Assembly (NCBI GenBank): GCA_050739335.1
Contig: JBOIBB010000014.1
Span: forward strand, 18,535 to 82,534
DNA: 64,000 nucleotides
Direction: 5' to 3'
From: Gammaproteobacteria bacterium
Lineage (GTDB): Bacteria > Pseudomonadota > Gammaproteobacteria > Natronospirales > REEB76
The notes under the pieces were generated by a model. It did not search any database and was not told where the DNA came from. It worked only from the letters and a program-made list of their open reading frames with translations. How positions within the stretch are numbered: position 1 is the first letter of the stretch; each line of letters opens with the position of its first letter. Positions 60,165-64,000 of this stretch are shown here, one piece after another. The translations under genes and the position numbers were made by a program.

Positions 60165-61084
60165 ACGCGCCGGTAGTCACGCGGCGTTTTCCCCGTGGCC
60201 TTGCGGAACACCGTCGTGAAGTAGCTGTGCGCACGGAAGCCGCAACGGCGCACGATACCGTTGATCGGCGTCGCGGTCCGGGTGAGGAGGTGCTTGGCGA
60301 GATCCAGGCGGTGCTCGAGCACATACTCGCGCGGCGAGAGCCCGATCTTGCGTTTGAAGCAGCGGTGAAAATGAAAACGGCTGAGGTGCGCGGCACACGC
60401 CATGTCTTCCAGAGGCAGATCCCGATCCAGATGTTCGTGGATGTACACGATGGCCTTGCCGAGATTGGAATCCAAGCTGCCGGCATCGGCATAGTGGGGC
60501 GCCTGCGGTTCCTGGAAATAGACTTCGGCAAGATGGCTCACGAGCAACATGGTGAAGGACTGCAGGTAACCGGGGCTCGCATCGTTGCCACCGTTCGTCA
60601 GCACCCCGGCAATCCGCCGGCCAATTTGCGCAATGAGCGGATCATTGAACACAACATTGTCGAGCACACCGCGGCGCGGTACCACGAACTTCATGCTTTG
60701 TTCGGTTTCGCGCAGATACGCACTGCTGATATGCAGTTGAATCAATTCAATCGGTCCGTCCCACTGCCAAGTGACAGCCCGATTGGCCGGCACGACGGAG
60801 ACTGCTCCGGAGAACAGCAAGGCCGTATCCTGGTATTCGGCCAGCCCCCGGGTAAGCCGCACACCGTCGCCGGACAGCACCACCGTGACACACGGATCGG
60901 GAATCGCCGGCAGACTGGCACGGCCAGCCGGCATGCGGTACACCCGTGCGGTTGTGGAAATCCAGTGCGGGAAAATCCCGGTACTGGAGTAAACCGGCAG
61001 GTTCGGCATGTAGCGTTCCAGACAAGAGCTCTGGACCATACCCGGAATTTTCCCGGCCGGCTTGTTAGGTTCAAAAACGTGCAT
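60050..61084 (-). CDS. AraC-family transcriptional regulator with a cupin-like N-terminal domain
   Basis: The C-terminal double HTH is AAHLSRFHFHRCFKRKIGLSPREYVLEHRL...RCGFRAHSYFTTVFRKATGKTPRDYRR. The start is set at ATG 61084. The first in-frame stop is at 60050, so the 3' end runs 115 nt antisense into ccmE. Confidence 0.8.
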   Translation of the reverse strand: MHVFEPNKPAGKIPGMVQSSCLERYMPNLPVYSSTGIFPHWISTTARVYRMPAGRASLPAIPDPCVTVVLSGDGVRLTRGLAEYQDTALLFSGAVSVVPANRAVTWQWDGPIELIQLHISSAYLRETEQSMKFVVPRRGVLDNVVFNDPLIAQIGRRIAGVLTNGGNDASPGYLQSFTMLLVSHLAEVYFQEPQAPHYADAGSLDSNLGKAIVYIHEHLDRDLPLEDMACAAHLSRFHFHRCFKRKIGLSPREYVLEHRLDLAKHLLTRTATPINGIVRRCGFRAHSYFTTVFRKATGKTPRDYRRVYSTLASWALLASCSALALLMSASTSGGMYLESCLAST

Positions 61085-61408
61085 GGCTTCACCCCGACGC
61101 GATCCTGTGGCAGAACTACCCAAAGCGGCTCAAGTCTAGCAGGTTCTAGTTGTCTGCAAACCAGCCCCAAAGTGATGGCTCGAGGTCCAGGCTTGCGCCG
61201 TTGCGCCCTGCATGGTCGCCATCCGCAGCTGCTGTACTGGCGGCGCGCACGTACCGAATCCCGGTGCAAATCCGCGGCCCGGCACATCACGCACGCCGTG
61301 CATCATGGTGTGCCCCAGTCGAATTGAGTACAATCCCGCCGCAGTTTTTTCGTGCGGCGTGAGCAGCGCAAGGGCCGCCGCAGCGACGCGGCATTCACGG
61401 CAGTCTCC

Positions 61409-63427
61409 ATGGTTCCTGAAATCGGTCATCTGGCATTGATTCTCGCCCTGTGCCTCGCGCTGGCGCAGGCGTTTTTCGGACTGGCCGGGGCGCAACGCGG
61501 CAACCTGGTGTGGATGAGTGCGGTGCGACCCGCGGCCATCGCGCAATCACTGTTCGTGACACTGGCGTTCGCTGCGCTCGCCTATTGCTTCCTGACGAAT
61601 GACTTCTCCGTGGCCTACGTGGCGCAGAACTCCAACACCGCGTTGCCGTGGTTTTACAAGTTCACTGCGGTCTGGGGCGCGCACGAAGGCTCCTTGCTGC
61701 TCTGGGTCTTCGTGCTGGCGATCTGGACGACGGGTGTCGCGATTTTCAGCCGGCACTTGCCGCAGGTATTTTCCAGCCGTGTCCTGGGCGTTCTGGGCGT
61801 TATCACCATCGGGTTTCTGCTTTTCAGCCTGTCGACATCCGACCCGTTCACGCGCCTGCTGCCCCCGGTCACGCAAGGGCGCGATCTCAATCCGATCCTG
61901 CAAGACCCGATGATGGTGACGCATCCGCCCATGCTCTACATGGGCTACGTCGGGCTGTCGGTGGCTTTTGCCTTCGCAATTGCCGCGCTGCTCGGCGGCA
62001 AGATGGACAGCGTGTGGGCGCGCTGGTCGCGTCCCTGGACCATCGTGGCCTGGTTGTTCCTCACCATCGGCATCACCATTGGCAGCTATTGGGCCTACAC
62101 CGAGCTCGGCTGGGGCGGCTGGTGGTTCTGGGACCCGGTTGAAAACGCATCCTTCATGCCGTGGCTCGTCGCGACGGCACTCATGCATTCGCTGGCCGTC
62201 ACCGAGAAACGCGGGGCCTTCAAGAGCTGGACCGCACTGCTGGCGATTGCAGGTTTCTCGCTGAGCCTCCTTGGAACCTTCCTGGTGCGCTCGGGCGTAC
62301 TGATTTCGGTGCATGCCTTCGCGGTGGATCCAAAACGCGGGGTGTTCATCCTGGGCCTGATTGGCGTATTCGTGACCGTGGCACTCGCGTTGTACGCCTG
62401 GCGGGCGCCGACTTTAGCGCGCGGCGGCGGTTTCAAGCCGTTTTCACGCGAAGCCTTTCTGCTGCTCAACAACGTATTTTTGGTCGTGGCGGCCGGCGCC
62501 GTGCTCCTCGGTACGCTGTATCCATTGTTCATGGACGTGTTGCACCTCGAAAGAATTTCGGTGGGGCCGCCGTATTTCGACGCGGTGTTCTTTCCGCTCA
62601 TGCTGCCGTTCTTCGTCCTGATTGGCATTGGCCCCTACGTACGCTGGAAACACGGTGAATGGCGCGATACCTTGAGCAAGCTCTGGTGGATCGGCGTACT
62701 CGCGATCATTGGCGCGAGCGTGGCACTGGTGATGCTCAAGGCAGAAAACACCATGGTGGCCGCCGCCGGTCTGTTTCTGGGATTCTGGACGATTCTCTCG
62801 GCATTGCGCGAACCGGTCTATCGCCTTTGGCAGCGGGCCCGCGGACTGCATCTCACGCTGCCACGCTCGGTGCTTGGCATGACCGTCGCGCACGTCGGTG
62901 CGGGTCTCCTGATTCTGGGAGTCACCGTAACCACGACACTTGGCGTGACCCGCGACCTCGTAGTCAAACCCGGTTCCACCGTGAGTGTGCATGGCTACCA
63001 GTACACCTACGCAGGCGCCGAGAACGTCGTCGGTCCGAATTACCAGGGCGTGCGCACCACGTTTCGCGTATACCACCACGGCAAGCTGATTAGCACCATG
63101 CACCCCGAAAAGCGCACCTTCGCCAGCACCGTAACCAGCGTGGCGGCGATTTATCCGGGTTTGTTTCGCGACCTTTACGTGGGTCTCGGCAACCCCTTGG
63201 GCGACAACACTTGGAGCGTACGCTTCCAGTACAAGCCCATGGTGCGTTTCATCTGGTTCGGAGGTGTGGTCATGATGCTTGGCGGCCTGCTTGCGGTGTC
63301 CGACAAGCGCTACCGCCGTCCGATCAAGGTGCAGGAAATAGCGGTACCGGCGGTGCCGCCGCCAGTTCCGCCGCATCGTCCGCTGATACCGGCGACCACT
63401 GAAGCCAAAGTGGAGGCGGGCGGGTGA
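61409..63427 (+). CDS. ccmF: Cytochrome c heme lyase subunit CcmF
   Basis: The WWD motif is WGGWWFWDPVENASFMPW, in a polytopic protein of about 670 aa. The start is set at ATG 61409 (MVPEIGHLALIL..). It has a Pro-rich C-terminal extension. Confidence 0.9.
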   Translation: MVPEIGHLALILALCLALAQAFFGLAGAQRGNLVWMSAVRPAAIAQSLFVTLAFAALAYCFLTNDFSVAYVAQNSNTALPWFYKFTAVWGAHEGSLLLWVFVLAIWTTGVAIFSRHLPQVFSSRVLGVLGVITIGFLLFSLSTSDPFTRLLPPVTQGRDLNPILQDPMMVTHPPMLYMGYVGLSVAFAFAIAALLGGKMDSVWARWSRPWTIVAWLFLTIGITIGSYWAYTELGWGGWWFWDPVENASFMPWLVATALMHSLAVTEKRGAFKSWTALLAIAGFSLSLLGTFLVRSGVLISVHAFAVDPKRGVFILGLIGVFVTVALALYAWRAPTLARGGGFKPFSREAFLLLNNVFLVVAAGAVLLGTLYPLFMDVLHLERISVGPPYFDAVFFPLMLPFFVLIGIGPYVRWKHGEWRDTLSKLWWIGVLAIIGASVALVMLKAENTMVAAAGLFLGFWTILSALREPVYRLWQRARGLHLTLPRSVLGMTVAHVGAGLLILGVTVTTTLGVTRDLVVKPGSTVSVHGYQYTYAGAENVVGPNYQGVRTTFRVYHHGKLISTMHPEKRTFASTVTSVAAIYPGLFRDLYVGLGNPLGDNTWSVRFQYKPMVRFIWFGGVVMMLGGLLAVSDKRYRRPIKVQEIAVPAVPPPVPPHRPLIPATTEAKVEAGG

Positions 63428-63966
63428 AACGCTCGCTGCTGTATGCGCTGCCCATTGTGGTGTTGGGCATTTTGATTGCGGTGTTCTGGCGGGGTTTGTA
63501 TCTCAACCCGCGTATCCTCAAATCGCCGCTGATTGACAAACCCGTGCCAACCTTCAGCCTCCCGGAACTCGAGCATCCGCAGGATCCGATCACACAGCAA
63601 GCGTTGCTTGGCCAGGTCTCGCTCGTGAACGTCTGGGGCAGTTGGTGCTACGCCTGCGGCGAGGAACAGCAGACTCTGATGGATTTCGCCCGACAGAAAG
63701 TCGTGCCGATATACGGCTGGGACTACATGGACAACCGCCAGAGCGCACTCGCGTGGCTCGCGCAACGTGGCAATCCCTACACGGCGGTGGCTTTCGACCC
63801 GAGCGGGGACGCCGCCATGAACTGGGGTGTATACGGCGCACCGGAAACTTTCCTGATCGATCAGCACGGCATCATCCGCTACAAGTACACGGGGCCATTG
63901 ACGCCCGAGATCATTGCCAAAGATCTGCTGCCACGCATCCAGGCCCTGCGCCGGGACGGCGCATGA
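63424..63966 (+). CDS. ccmG: Thiol:disulfide interchange protein CcmG/DsbE
   Basis: It has an N-terminal anchor, the thioredoxin motif WGSWCYACGEE and the GVYGAPETFLID block. Confidence 0.9.
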   Translation: MKRSLLYALPIVVLGILIAVFWRGLYLNPRILKSPLIDKPVPTFSLPELEHPQDPITQQALLGQVSLVNVWGSWCYACGEEQQTLMDFARQKVVPIYGWDYMDNRQSALAWLAQRGNPYTAVAFDPSGDAAMNWGVYGAPETFLIDQHGIIRYKYTGPLTPEIIAKDLLPRIQALRRDGA

Positions 63967-64000
63967 AGCGCTTTGCGTTTCCGGTTTCCGTGGTTTTGAT
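63963..64000 (+). CDS. ccmH: Probable start of ccmH (3'-truncated by the window edge)
   Basis: The ATG overlaps the ccmG stop (ATGA) and encodes MKRFAFPVSVVL.., which looks like a signal peptide. The call rests only on position and 12 codons. Confidence 0.45.
   Translation, partial: MKRFAFPVSVVL

Overview
This is a high-GC (about 65%) chromosomal segment that looks gammaproteobacterial. The uvrY-uvrC-pgsA-tRNAGly-tRNACys-tRNALeu backbone has the same order as in E. coli. No finer taxonomic assignment is possible without database searches.

Most of the window is housekeeping:
- Helicase, efflux and sugar genes: hrpB, an RND efflux pair and ugd.
- Central metabolism: acnA, the hflD-mnmA-purB block, fumC, a class II DAHP synthase and icd.
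- Nucleotide and lipid genes: Nudix, MazG-like and DegV genes, and uppP.
- Membrane proteins: an NfeD-stomatin pair and a PlpD-like patatin autotransporter.
- Lysine catabolism: a saccharopine dehydrogenase-like gene paired with an ALDH7-like gene.
- Cytochrome c maturation: ccmABCDE and ccmFG, with ccmH beginning at the window edge.
- Four tRNAs: Val, Gly, Cys and Leu.

Three regions stand out.

1. A 7.4 kb, integrase-less insert lies between tRNA-Cys and tRNA-Leu (49.8-57.3 kb). It carries a tight four-gene operon: an EPSP-synthase-like::acyl-CoA-synthetase fusion, an acyl-CoA dehydrogenase, an enoyl-reductase-type SDR, and a FadH-like dienoyl-CoA reductase. From memory, these are the enzyme families of the actinomycete shikimate-to-cyclohexanecarboxyl-CoA cassette, here in a Gram-negative context with no PKS nearby. 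This is my best candidate for the undescribed system.
2. A seven-gene co-directional cluster spans 13.9-24.3 kb. It encodes a TPR-aspartyl beta-hydroxylase, three paralogous TPR-sulfotransferases, an SseB-like protein and a free-standing protease-propeptide paralogue. It ends in a secreted subtilase-like protease with Glu at the expected catalytic His position, a PKD domain and a GlyGly-CTERM-type tail.
3. A 5'-truncated FG-GAP/Ig-repeat adhesin at the window start carries the same GlyGly-CTERM-type tail.

In addition, an AraC regulator interrupts the ccm operon and overlaps ccmE convergently. I saw no rRNA, CRISPR array, IS element, transposase or integrase.

All functional calls rest on motif recognition by eye in the supplied translations. 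No homology search was run, and start codons are best guesses.
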